A model generated the notes under the pieces. It did not search any database and was not told the DNA's origin. It saw only the letters and a list, made by a program, of their open reading frames with translations. The translations under genes were made by a program, and so were the position numbers. 64,000 nt of DNA from Macrostomum lignano (Eukaryota): contig NIVC01000616.1 of NCBI GenBank assembly GCA_002269645.1, positions 248,001 to 312,000 of the forward strand, in the 5' to 3' direction. Position 1 is the stretch's first letter, and every line of letters starts with the position of its first letter. Positions 12,201 to 24,300 of the stretch are shown here, in pieces.

Positions 12201-13389
12201 CAAAATTTGATGTTCAGCAGTGGGTCTCCCCTGACCTGAGCATGCAAGCCGCTGGCTCAGCTGTCATTCGTGCCTTCCACACTGCAGAAGCCACGGCTGC
12301 AGCGATAGCAAACGGGCGCGCATTGCGGGCCAACTGGCTGAGGCCGACAGGTCCGCAGGCGTCGGGCCTGTGGGCGGCGTGATCGCGCTGTGCTGCCACC
12401 ACCGCTGCCTCTGGTCCGCCTACGTTGGCAAGCGGCGAATGGCAAGTTTGGGCATCGGGCCGGAGGACTTCCACGCCATCAGCCGCATGGCCGGCTGGGC
12501 CACCTGCGCCAGCAAAGCGGCGCGGCTGAAGCGGAAGCCGCAGGAACACAGGTGTATTGTCGAGCTTCACCTTTTATTCACTCTTGTCTAGTTTGCTATT
12601 TAAACTGATTGACACATCAAGCACACCATAAAGTGAAGCACCAAGCATATGAAGTAACACATGAAGCACATCATAGAGTAACACATTAAGCATGGAGTGA
12701 CACACCAAGCACACCATGGAGTGACACACCAAGCACATCATGGAGTGACACACGGAGCACACCATGGAGTGACACACAGGGAGCACACCATGGAGTGACA
12801 CACGGAGCACACCATGGAGTGACACACAGGGAGCACACCATGGAGTGACACACGGATCACATCATGAAGTGACACACGGAGCACACCCTGGAGTGACACA
12901 TGGAGCACACCCTGGAGTGACACATGGATCATATCATGGAGTGACACACGGAGCACACCCTGGGGTGACACACGGATCACATAATGGAGTGACACACGGA
13001 GCACACCCTGGGGTGACACACGGATCACATAATGGAGTGACACACGGAGCACACCCTGGAGTGACAAACCAAACACATCATAGAGTGACACCAAGCAAAT
13101 TATGGAGTGACACACCAAGCACATCATAGAGTGATACACCAAGCACATCATAGAGTGACACACCAAGCACATCATAGAGTGACACACCAAGCACATCATG
13201 GAGTGACACACCACTGCAACTCATCATTGCAGACGGGAGCTCATCGGTCTGAAGTGCAAGCGGCTTATTGACTCGGGCCGGGTGGCCTTCCTCACGGAGC
13301 AGCTGGGCTACTCAGCCAGGCTCGTGCGCTATGCTAAGCGGTCAGACACGCCAGAGAACTGCGCCCTGCTCTTCTCCAGGGGCATCTGA
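9214..13389 (+). CDS. TRMT13: tRNA:m(4)X modification enzyme TRM13; exons ~9214-11011, 12351-12551, 13233-13389; 5' end unresolved
   Basis: CCCH finger CAYFVARKQRQC...CVEH, U11-48K-type finger CPLDPKHTVY..LDRHL.RC, VEFGAGKGHL, IDRGSVRNKLD, GKHLCGAATDLALRC, ALCCHHRC, ISRMAGWATC, CKRLIDSGR, ENCALL. Both introns are phase 2 and GT-AG. AATAAA at ~13533. Confidence 0.93.
11474..11754 (-). mobile_element. tRNA-derived SINE with CORE-like central domain, near full length, in TRMT13 intron
   Basis: Minus-strand head has A and B boxes (AGCCCAGTGGTCAGAGC...GGTTCGATTC). Body GGTGAACTGAAGCAATG...TGTCTTGCTCAAGGACACA resembles the MIR/CORE domain. Related copies at ~18313-18488 and ~63830-63985. Confidence 0.8.
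12690..13212. repeat. Intronic ~24-26-bp minisatellite (GGAGTGACACACGGAGCACACCAT)
   Basis: Tandem array filling TRMT13 intron 2. Confidence 0.9.
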
Positions 13390-13717
13390 GTTCTTAGTTG
13401 CAGCACTTCCTGAAAAAAATCCAGTGACACGTGTCGCCTCCTTTAGCACAGCTCTAATAATTATCAAAAAGTTCAGAAATATTCGAGCATTTTTCTAGTG
13501 TACTACCGGCATATACTACTAATTGTTCTGCCAATAAAATAGACCGTATTGTTATTGTTGGTTAAGTTATATTATAAATCGAGAGGGTGGTTCGGAATGC
13601 GCGACACTATGCGGATGATTTATGAAATCCATGTTGTGCTCACTTTTTATTTAGCCGATTCTGTCTTATTTACTTCTGTTACATGTTTAGGTTGGGTAGT
13701 AATGGCTGTCTCAAAAT

Positions 13718-13758
13718 CTGTCTGTCGGTCTGCATGTCTGTCTGTATGTCTGTCTGCC

Positions 13759-13791
<33 letters not shown>

Positions 13792-13794
13792 TAG

Positions 13795-13855
<61 letters not shown>

Positions 13856-13858
13856 TAG

Positions 13859-13923
<65 letters not shown>

Positions 13924-13933
13924 GTCTGTCTAT

Positions 13934-13980
<47 letters not shown>

Positions 13981-14025
13981 CCTGTCTGTCCGTCTGCCTG
14001 CCTGTCTGTCTGTCTGTCTGTCTGT
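13718..14025. repeat. (GTCT)n microsatellite between TRMT13 and C8orf76
   Basis: Directly visible. Confidence 0.97.
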
Positions 14026-14134
14026 CCTTCTTGTTGTGTGTCAGCCTATCCGCCCGTCCCTGTCGCACCAGATTTAAGTGCAAGCCAGCTGAGCATGTCA
14101 TGCTATAGATAAACTCATTTCTCGTCAAGCTCAG

Positions 14135-17100
14135 ACATTGGAAATTTCGCGACTGTTCCAGGAGGGATTCGACTTTGATTTCGACGAAAATGGGGGCTCT
14201 GGCGATGATGGAAGAGGCAGCTCAAACTCCGAGCGGGATGACTACCAGCCCCGGGTGCTGACTGAAGGTGTAAGTGCATCTTTAATTTATATCCTTATGT
14301 CTCTAGATCAGCTTCTGAACAGTAGCAAGGAAAGCATGCGAAACGAATTGTTTGGCAGCGTGTTCCAATGTGATTTCGCACTGATGCGCTCGTAGTGGTA
14401 GTTTAACCGAGCTGTTGAGTAGAGATGGCCAGCTGTGGTTGCAGAATAAGAATTAACAAAACCCCTTCAGTATGTTTGTGCGTATATGTGTTCGTTTGGA
14501 CCGCTGCAAAGTGCTGTAATATCACAATTTTATGCTTGAGCTCCAATCTTAAAATTTCACACAACGCTAAGAATGTAGCCAGGGAACGAAAAAGAGTGGC
14601 CTATCTTGGCGCCTTGTCAGATAAAATGGCACTCCCTCAGATAAAATGGCACTCCCTCAGATAAAATGGCACTCCCTCAGATAAAATGGCACTCCCTCAG
14701 ATAAAATGGCGCTCTCTCAGATAAAATATCGCTCCCTCAGATAAAATGACACTCTCTCAGATAAAATGGCACTCTCTCAGATAAAATATCGCTCCCTCAG
14801 ATAAAATGACACTCTCTCAGATAAAATGGCACTCCCTCAGATAAAATGGCACTCTCTCAGATAAAATGGCGCTCCCTCAGATAAAATGGCACTCTCTCAG
14901 ATAAAATGGCGCTCCCTCAGATAAAATGGCGCTCTCTCAGATAAAGTGGCACTCCCTCAGATAAAGTGGCGCTTCTTCAGATAAAGTGGCGCTCCCTCAG
15001 ATAAAGTTGCGCTTTCTCAGATAAAGTGGCGCTTCCTCAGATAAAGTGGCGCTTCCTCAGATAAAATAGTGCTTCTTCAGATAAAGTGGCGCTTCCTCAG
15101 ATAAAGTGGCGCTCCCTCAGATAAAGTTGCGCTTTTTCAGATAAAATGGCGCTCCCTCATATACAATGGCGCTCCTTCAGATAAAATGGCGCTCCCTCAC
15201 AAAATGGCGCCCTAAAGTGAAATGGCGCCCCTCGAATCGAGAAGCGCCCGACCCAAAAAAAGTCAGGGCCGCACCCGCATTCGCAGATTAAATCGCTATA
15301 AATAACAGTGCCGCCAGATTGCCTGAATTTCGGCTACCCTCGGCTCCCCTACTCAACTCAGTGGTTCCGCGACTCCGATCAGCCGCAGCGCGATGACGAC
15401 CAGCGGCTGCTCGAGCTGAAGCTGCGCGCGGATCTGCTGTACTTCGAGGCGCGGTACGACAATGCGCTGGAAGACTATTTGACCGCGTTGGGTGCGTGCC
15501 GATGGGGATCTGAGAATCTGAGACAGAGCTGAGCACTGTCTTCTGTCCTCTTGTCTTCGTGTCTTCTTCGCCCTTATGAGCCCTACCCGACATCTGAAGA
15601 ATCCATGAATGTTCTGAAGAATCTCTGAATGTCCTGAAGAATCTCTGAATGTCCTGAAGAATCTCTGAATGTCCTGAAGAATCTCTGAATGTCCTGAAGA
15701 ATCTCTGAATGTCCTGAAGAATCTCTGAATGTCCTGAAAAATCTCTGAATATCCTGAAGAATCTCTGAATGTCCTGAAGAATCTCTGAATGTCCTAAAGA
15801 ATCTCTGAATGTCCTGAAGAATCTCTGAATGTCCTGAAGAATCTCTGAATGTCCTGAAGAATCTCTGAATATCCTGAAGAATCTCTGAATGTCCTGAAGA
15901 ATCTCTGAATGTTCTGAAGAATCTCTGAGTGTCCTGAAGAATCTCTGAATGTCCTGAAGAATCTCTGAATGTCCTGAAGAATCCATGAATGTCCTGAAGA
16001 TTGACAGCCTTCCTACACCGCCAGACCTGCTGCCCGCCAGCAACGCCATCGTGCGGCGAGACATCACCGAGGCCGTCGCCCGCTGCCAGGCCATTCTGGG
16101 TCGGGGTCAGGAGGCTCTGCAGATTGCCAGGAAGCAGGTGAGTCAGGCTAGCGTGATATCCCTATAAGTCGCCCCTTAGCCACCCCACAAGAATCGCCCC
16201 TCAGCCACCCCATCATAAGAATCGCCCCTCAGCCACCCCACAAGAATCGCCCCTCAGCCACCCCATAAGAATCGCCCCTCAGCCACCCCATAAGAATCGC
16301 CCCTCAGCCACCCCACAAGAATCGCCCCTCAGCCACCCCATAAGAATCGCCCCTCAGCCACCCCTCAAGAATCGCCCCTCAGCCAACCCATAATAAACGC
16401 CCCTCAACCACCCTTCAAGAATCGCCCCTCAGCCACCCCATAAGAATCGCCCCTCAGCCACCCCATAAGAATCGCCCCTCAGCCACCCCATGAGAATCGC
16501 CCCTCAGCCACCCTATAAAAATCGCCCCTCAGCCACCCCATAAGAATCGCCCCTTAGCCACCCCATAAAAATCGCCCCTCAGCCACCCCATAAAAATCGC
16601 CCCTCAGCCACCCCATAAAAATCGCCCCTCAGCCACCCCATAAGAATCGCCCCTCAGCCACCCCACAAGAATCGCCCCTTAGCCACCCCATAAGAATCGC
16701 CCCTCAGCCACCCCAAAAAAATCGCCCCTCAGCCACCCCATAAGAATCGCCCCTCAGCCACCTCAACCCCCTCCCCTCCATCCCAGCTGGACGAGTGCAG
16801 CACGGACGATCAGTTCATGGCCGCCTACAACCTGCTGCTGGACATCTTCCTGCAGCCGGACATCGCCGCTCAGCACTCGGACAGCCACCGGCTCGCCCTG
16901 CAGAACTGCCTGCTGCTCAACCCGCTCTGCGACCGGCTCTGGCGGCGGCTGTCGCGGATCTACGCTGAGCTGGGCCGCTCGGACAGGCGGACCACCTGTC
17001 TGCAGGCTGCTCAGTGAGTCTGGGGCTGGCTGGACCTGCTTACAGCCTCTTCTGTATTTTCCTAATTTACTGATTCATTATTGTAAACTATCGAAATTCT

Positions 17101-17737
17101 TATTGCTCCTAATGCCATGCTTCCAAGCTCCCTAACTGCCATGGTGTAAAGCCTCAAATTTAGAACCCCATCCCACCCTCAGATCCCCACCTCACCCTCA
17201 GATCCCCATCCAATCCTCAGATCCCCATTCAATCCTCAGATCCCCATCCAATCCTCAGATCCCCATCTCACCCTCAGATCCCCATCCAATCCTCAGATCC
17301 CCATCTCACCCTCAATCCCCATCCAATCCCCAGATCCCGATCCCACCCTCAGATCCCCATCTCACCCCCAGATCCTCATCACATCCCCACACCCCCCCCA
17401 ATATCTGAGATCCCTATTATCCCATGCTTGCCGTGTCGCCATCCCGAACTGCAGGCACATCACCACAGTCCTGGCCGTTCAGGAGAGCAACCTGAAGCTG
17501 CAGACCAGCCACGGCTCGGCGGGCAGCGATCAGAGAACGCCCATAGCTGGCAAGGCGATGTCGCTGATTAGTTTCCATGGCAACTATCGCAACCTGCCCT
17601 ACTCTGGCCGGCTGTGGGAGCGGCTGAGTTACAAGCAGGCCAATGTCGGGTTTGATCGGAAGAGAATCGATTGCGGCGGCAACGAGGCTCTGTTTGACTC
17701 CATTTACTTCTCTGATTTGTCCCAGCCGAGCGCTTGA
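14135..17737 (+). CDS. C8orf76: C8orf76-like TPR-type protein; exons 14135-14267, 15309-15491, 16025-16137, 16787-17013, 17455-17737; no genomic ATG
   Basis: STQWF...LKLRADLLYFEARYDNALEDY...SNAIVRRDITEAVARCQAILGRGQEALQIA...ALQNCLLLNP...LWRRLSRIYAELG parallels human C8orf76 (PQWF...KFKGDLAY...[23 protein letters not shown].EAL) as recalled. The exons sum to 939 nt with consistent phases. The first donor choice (GAAG|gtgtaa) is less certain. Confidence 0.8.
14620..15215. repeat. 20-bp intronic minisatellite (ATAAAATGGCACTCCCTCAG)n
   Basis: Directly visible. Confidence 0.95.
15590..16000. repeat. 20-bp intronic minisatellite (GAAGAATCTCTGAATGTCCT)n
   Basis: Directly visible; causes the 15288-16094 minus-strand ORF. 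Confidence 0.95.
16165..16765. repeat. 25-bp minisatellite, same unit as 501-1500, in C8orf76 intron 3
   Basis: AAGAATCGCCCCTCAGCCACCCCAT units in the same orientation. Confidence 0.95.
17165..17400. repeat. Intronic ATCCCCATCCCACCCTCAG-type repeat
   Basis: Visible in C8orf76 intron 4. Confidence 0.8.
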
Positions 17738-17761
17738 CTTCAGCTATAAACTTATGTTGCT

Positions 17762-18090
17762 GGTTTCTAAAAATAGCGACTTTAGGCCTTCCCCAAAATA
17801 TCCAGGTTTCTAAAAATAGCAACTGTAGGCTTCTCCAAGATCCAGGTTTCTTAAAATAGCAACTGTAGGCTTCTCCAAAATCCAGGTTTCTAAAAATAGC
17901 AACTGTAGGCTTCTCCAAAATCCTGGTTTCTAAAAATAGCAACTGTAGGCTTCTCCAAAATCCAGGTTTCTAAAAATAGCAACTGTAGACTTCTCCAAGA
18001 TCCAGGTTTCTAAAAATACAAACTATAGGCTTTCCCAAAATTTAGCTTTCTAAAGATAGCAATTATATACTTTTTCAAAATCCAAGCTTC
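17762..18090. repeat. 40-bp tandem repeat (CCAGGTTTCTAAAAATAGCAACTGTAGGCTTCTCCAAAAT)
   Basis: Period 40; starts just after the C8orf76 stop. Confidence 0.9.
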
Positions 18091-18312
18091 TTAAACTAGC
18101 TTGGTGTTTGTTTAGAATAAGCAGAATCGCCTTTGGTATGGATATTTATTTGCATTTTTGCGTGAAGTGTAAATACATTTATCCTGATGTGCGTACTTCA
18201 ATTATGCATGTCGCTGCATTTGGCTCTGCTACACGAATCAGTTTACAGTGTTGAGCGCTTTATTGATATTTTCTCTTTTAACTAACATTTACCCGGATGT
18301 CAACCCAGATAC

Positions 18313-18488
18313 CACACACACCCTCAATTACCCCAGCTAATGCTGGCACCCATTTTACAGCTGGGTAAACTAAAGCAATGCAGAGTTAAGTGTCTTGCTC
18401 AAGGACACAAATTGTTCCAATTGGGTTGTGAATCGAACTCCCGACCTTTCAGTCGTGAGTCTGATGCTCTGACCACTAGGCTACAACT
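18313..18488 (-). mobile_element. CORE-like tRNA SINE, 5' part
   Basis: Near-identical to 11575-11754. Confidence 0.75.
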
Positions 18489-19859
18489 CCTAAAAAGAAG
18501 CGCCAAAAACTTTAGATGCCAAAGCTCAATGGGAGATTCTTTGGCTCCGAGAGAGAATTCATGAAATTTCAAGGTTTATTGGGACTTGGAAGGATTGTTG
18601 AAATGATGTAGCTCGATCGTAGGGATTTTCTAAGATGTCAGGGCTCATGGGGGAATTGCTGAGATGCCTTAGGCTCATTGAAAAAATCGGTGAAATTCTG
18701 TGGCTCAGAGGGGAACTGCTGAATGTCAAAGATTCATGAGGCTCATGGGGGCTTTCTGAACTGCTGAGGCTCACCAGGGATTGCTCAGACGCATTGAGCC
18801 AAGGCTCACAGGATATGCTGATATCTCAGGCTAGATAGCTGCTTTTAGGGCTGATGCTTTTTTGCTTTAAATAACAACCTTATAATTTTAACAGTTTAAT
18901 GGCTGCAAATGTTCACTATAGTTCAAAACCTACATGTAGTTTCTTTTTAAAAATCTTTCCTCCCCAATTGGGGGGCGCAGATTGCTAGTCCACTATACTA
19001 AAAATGTTTATAGTACACTACAAGCTAAAATGGACAAAGCGGCCCCTTCTCGTATTGTTATTTCCAGTACGTTTCTCAGAACTCACCATGAGCTGGAGTG
19101 AGCAGGAATGTACACGCGCCAACTCTTTGAGGAACGATATACGCTTGTACAATAAGAGTACAGCCAAGGCCAGAGCAACATATAGCTGTGCAACTGAGAA
19201 TCAAGTCTCTCCTCAAGGGTCCGGCAGTGTACAAATACCTTCACAACTGACGTGCGCAAGTCTCACCCACAGTTTTCTGTCTCAAAGTCTCTGCAAGCAA
19301 TGCTGTGACCTGAAATACTTTTAATTGCGAATTAAGTCGGATTGATTCTTCATTGATCTCGGGGTTAATCGGTATTTTCAGGTAAGCTGAGAGCCATCTT
19401 TTTAACTCGTGGCCCAAACCATTGTTAAATACCGCAGTTTTTAATATCAAAAAAACTTGTCGATGAGCTTAAAGTACATGACGTTTTTTTAACTCTGCTG
19501 TCAACTTAAATCTGTCATGTTCGAAAGAAGGGCATGAGGCGGCTTCATTTGGCCCGGGCTTGTGGGCACGAAAATTGGCTGAGGGAGTTCACCAAGAGAG
19601 CCAACCACCAAGACACAGAGAGTGTACATGCCATTAAAAAGTCAGGGCCGCTTTGTACACCCTGTGTGAGCGGGTGCATGATTGGCGCCTGTGTACAGCA
19701 TTGGCGCGTTTGCATGTGCTCAGGAGTCAGCGGAATTGGGGCAGAATTGCCGTCAGCGCTGGTTGCGAGACCATGTCACCGAGGGCAGCCCCTCCTGTAG
19801 TCTCCTGTAGTTTAAGTGAGTCATGTCATATAGGAGCACATCTGCCAGCCTGCTAAAGA

Positions 19860-20350
19860 GGAGAGAAGAAGAGAGGAAAGGAAATTGGAGAGGAGAGGAG
19901 AGGAGAGGAGAGGAAAGGAGAGGAGAGGAGAGGAGAGGGAGGAGAGGGGAGGAGAGGAGAGGGGAGGAGAGGAGAGGGGAGGAGAGGAGAGGAAAGGAGA
20001 GGAGAGGAGAGGAGAGGAAAGGAGAGGAGAGGAAAGGAGAGGAGAGGAAAGGAGAGGAGAGGAAAGGAGAGGAGAGGAAAGGAGAGGAGAGGAGAGGAAT
20101 GGAGAGGAGAGGAGAGGAGAGGAGAGGAGAGGAATGGAGAGGAGAGGAGAGGAGAGGAGAGGAGAGGAGAGGAGAGGAAAGGAGAGGAGAGGAGAGGAAA
20201 GGAGAGGAGAGGAAAGGAGAGGAGAGGAAAGGAGAGGAGAGGAGAGGAAAGGAGAGGAGAGGAATGGGAGGAGAGGAGAGGAGAGGAGAGGAGAGGAAAG
20301 GAGAGGAGAGGAGAGGAGAGGAAAGCTGGAAAGGAGAGCTGAGAGGAAAG
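19860..20350. repeat. (AGGAG)n microsatellite
   Basis: Directly visible. Confidence 0.97.
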
Positions 20351-20445
20351 GAAAGGGAGGGGCCGGGGGCGTGGCCCTCCTTTCTTGCGAATAATGATTC
20401 TACTTGGATTATGCATGGTATTCTGCAGATCAGCTGTCATCAAGG

Positions 20446-21091
20446 ATGTCGGCCTCTGCCGGACCTGCCGCTAAATCGCGCGAGGAGAAGCACGAGTCAA
20501 CCCTGAAGCTGGTGCTGAGCAAACTGCTCCAGAATGCTGAGTTCGAGGAGCTCGCGCTGCACTGGTTCAAGCAGAGGAAGGTCTGAAGCTTTGAGAACTA
20601 GACTTATTGGTTTGTTTCAATTCGTTTGTTTGTGTCTGTATACTGCTGCACTTCTATAAGCCGCTAGTAAATGAAAACACTGCTTGATTTATGCATGCTC
20701 TAGATCTGGCTTCTTTTATATTAATAAACCAAATTACTGGATTAAACAATCAAACAAGCCAGTCAAATAAACCAATCAATCAAATCAATCAACCCAGGCG
20801 GTGCACAATCGCGAGTGCCAGTGAGTCGATGACCGCTACGAGCGCATGGGCATGGACTACCGCGAGGAGCAGACAGATGCCGACATCAAGACCTCCTTCG
20901 AGCGGCTGTCCGCTCTGTCGTCCGAGCCAGAGAAGCGTCAGGCTGTTGCCGAGCTGTGCGAGTGGCTGCGCTACCAGAGCATGCCGCCCAGGGTTCACCA
21001 CCTGTACCCTGACGAGCTCAGAGCCGCTTGCCAGGCCGCTCACTTCAACAAGATTGCCGACCTGGCAGACCTGATCAACGGCTTCTTTTAG
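20446..21091 (+). CDS. Unknown ~142-codon helical protein; exons 20446-20580 and 20798-21091; in-frame TGA at 20822-20824 (gene or pseudogene)
   Basis: Both exons have the host's strong GC3 bias. AAG|gtctga...aacccag|GCG is phase 0. No family recognised. Confidence 0.55.
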
Positions 21092-21354
21092 CTGGCGTTG
21101 CTTCCGTTATTCTTTGTTTAAGGCCAGTGTGTGATCTTACTTACCATTACTGTCAGGTGCCTACAGTGCATGCAGAAAATGCTACAACAACAGAAAAATA
21201 TAAAGTTCATCTTTTCTTCTCGTTTGTACGAGTTTTATTTTTTTAATACAGCTTTCAAACTTGTGAAAAATAAAACTTTTTCTTCAAAACTTTTCCATCA
21301 AGAAGGAAGTGCTTGGTTGCTGTGGTCAAAGTACGTATTTTGAGTCGGGTTTGA

Positions 21355-24300
21355 CCCTCAGTTTGAGCAAAGCATCTCCCAGATCCCCAGTTTGAGCAAA
21401 GCATCTCCCAAATCCAAGTTTGAGCAAAGCATCTCCCAGATCCCCAGTTTGAGTTCAAAGCATCTCCTAGATCCCCAGTTTGAGTTCAAAGCATCTCCTA
21501 GATCCTCAGTTTGAGCAAAGCATCTCCTAGATCCTCAGTTTGAGCAAAGCATCTCCCAGATCCTCAGTTTGAGCAAAGCATCTCCCAGATCCTCAGTTTG
21601 AGCAAAGCATCTCCCAGATCCTCAGTTTGAGCAAAGCATCTCCCAGATCCCCAGTTTGAGCAAAGCATCTCCTAGATCCCCAGTTTGAGCAAAGCATCTC
21701 CCAAATCCAAGTTTGAGCAAAGCATCTCCCAGATCCCCAGTTTGAGTTCAAAGCATCTCCCAAATCCAAGTTTGAGCAAAGCATCTCCCAGATCCCCAGT
21801 TTGAGTTCAAAGCATCTCCTAGATCCTCAGTTTGAGCAAAGCATCTCCCAGATCCTCAGTTTGAGCAAAGCATCTCCCAGATCCTCAGTTTGAGCAAAGC
21901 ATCTCCCAAATCCAAGTTTGAGCAAAGCATCTCCCAGATCCCCAGTTTGAGTTCAAAGCATCTCCCAAATCCAAGTTTGAGCAAAGCATCTCCCAGATCC
22001 CCAGTTTGAGTTCAAAGCATCTCCTAGATCCTCAGTTTGAGCAAAGCATCTCCCAGATCCTCAGTTTGAGCAAAGCATCTCCCAGATCCCCAGTTTGAGC
22101 AAAGCATCTCCCAAATCCAAGTTTGAGCAAAGCATCTCCCAGATCCCCAGTTTGAGTTCAAGGCATCTCCCAAATCCAAGTTTGAGCAAAGCATCTCCCA
22201 GATCCCCAGTTTGAGTTCAAAGCATCTCCTAGATCCTCAGTTTGAGCAAAGCATCTCCCAGATCCCCAGTTTGAGCAAAGCATCTCCCAAATCCAAGTTT
22301 GAGCAAAGCATCTCCCAGATCCCCAGTTTGAGTTCAAAGCATCTCCTAGATCCTCAGTTTGAGCAAAGCATCTCCTAGATCCCCAGTTTGAGCAAAGCAT
22401 CTCCCAAATCCAAGTTTGAGCAAAGCATCTCCCAGATCCCCAGTTTGAGTTCAAAGCATCTCCTAGATCCTCAGTTTGAGCAAAGCATCTCCTAGATCCC
22501 CAGTTTGAGCAAAGCATCTCCCAGATCCTCAGTTTGAGCAAAGCATCTCCCAGATCCTCAGTTTGAGCAAAGCATCTCCCAGATCCCAGTTTGAGCAAAG
22601 CATCTCCCAGATCCAGTTTGAGCAAAGCATCTCCCAGATCCCCAGTTTGAGCAAAGCATCTCCCAGATCCTCAGTTTGAGCAAAGCATCTCCCAGCATCT
22701 CCCAAATCCAAGTTTGAGCAAAGCATCTCCCAGATCCTCAGTTTGAGTTCAAAGCATCTCCCAGATCCCCAGTTTGAGCAAAGCATCTCCCAGATCCCAG
22801 TTTGAGCAAAGCATCTCCCAGATCCTCAGTTTGAGTTCAAAGCATCTCCCAGATCCTCAGTTTGAGCAAAGCATCTCCCAGATCCTCAGTTTGAGTTCAA
22901 AGCATCTCCCAGATCCTCAGTTTGAGCAAAGCATCTCCCAGATCCCCAGTTTGAGCAAAGCATCTCCCAGATCCAAGTTTGAGCAAAGCATCTCCCAGAT
23001 CCCAGTTTGAGTTCAAAGCATCTCCTAGATCCCAGTTTGAGCAAAGCATCTCCCAGATCCCAGTTTGAGCAAAGCATCTCCCAGATCCAGTTTGAGCAAA
23101 GCATCTCCCAGATCCCCAGTTTGAGCAAAGCATCTCCCAGATCCTCAGTTTGAGCAAAGCATCTCCCAGATCCCAGTTTGAGTTCAAAGCATCTCCCAGA
23201 TCCTCAGTTTGAGCAAAGCATCTCCCAGATCCCAGTTTGAGCAAAGCATCTCCCAGATCCTCAGTTTGAGCAAAGCATCTCCCAGATCCCCAGTTTGAGC
23301 AAAGCATCTCCCAGATCCTCAGTTTGAGCAAAGCATCTCCCAGATCCTCAGTTTGAGCAAAGCATCTCCCAGATCCTCAGTTTGAGTTCAAAGCATCTCC
23401 CAGATCCTCAGTTTGAGCAAAGCATCTCCCAGATCCTCAGTTTGAGCAAAGCATCTCCCAGATCCTCAGTTTGAGCAAAGCATCTCCCAGATCCTCAGTT
23501 TGAGCAAAGCATCTCCCAGATCCTCAGTTTGAGCAAAGCATCTCCCAGATCCTCAGTTTGAGCAAAGCATCTCCCAGATCCTCAGTTTGAGCAAAGCATC
23601 TCCCAGATCCTCAGTTTGAGCAAAGCATCTCCCAGATCCTCAGTTTGAGCAAAGCATCTCCCAGATCCTCAGTTTGAGCAAAGCATCTCCCAGATCCTCA
23701 GTTTGAGCAAAGCATCTCCCAGATCCTCAGTTTGAGCAAAGCATCTCCCAGATCCTCAGTTTGAGCAAAGCATCTCCCAGATCCTCAGTTTGAGCAAAGC
23801 ATCTCCCAGATCCTCAGTTTGAGCAAAGCATCTCCCAGATCCTCAGTTTGAGCAAAGCATCTCCCAGATCCCAGTTTGAGCAAGCATCTCCCAATCCAGT
23901 TTGAGCAAAGCATCTCCCAGATCCCCAGTTTGAGTTCAAAGCATCTCCCAGATCCTCAGTTTGAGCAAAGCATCTCCCAGATCCCCAGTTTGAGCAAAGC
24001 ATCTCCCAAATCCAAGTTTGAGCAAAGCATCTCCCAGATCCCAGTTTGAGTTCAAAGCATCTCCTAGATCCTCAGTTTGAGCAAAGCATCTCCCAGATCC
24101 CCAGTTTGAGCAAAGCATCTCCCAAATCCAAGTTTGAGCAAAGCATCTCCCAGATCCCCAGTTTGAGTTCAAAGCATCTCCTAGATCCTCAGTTTGAGCA
24201 AAGCATCTCCTAGATCCCCAGTTTGAGCAAAGCATCTCCCAAATCCAAGTTTGAGCAAAGCATCTCCCAGATCCTCAGTTTGAGTTCAAAGCATCTCCCA

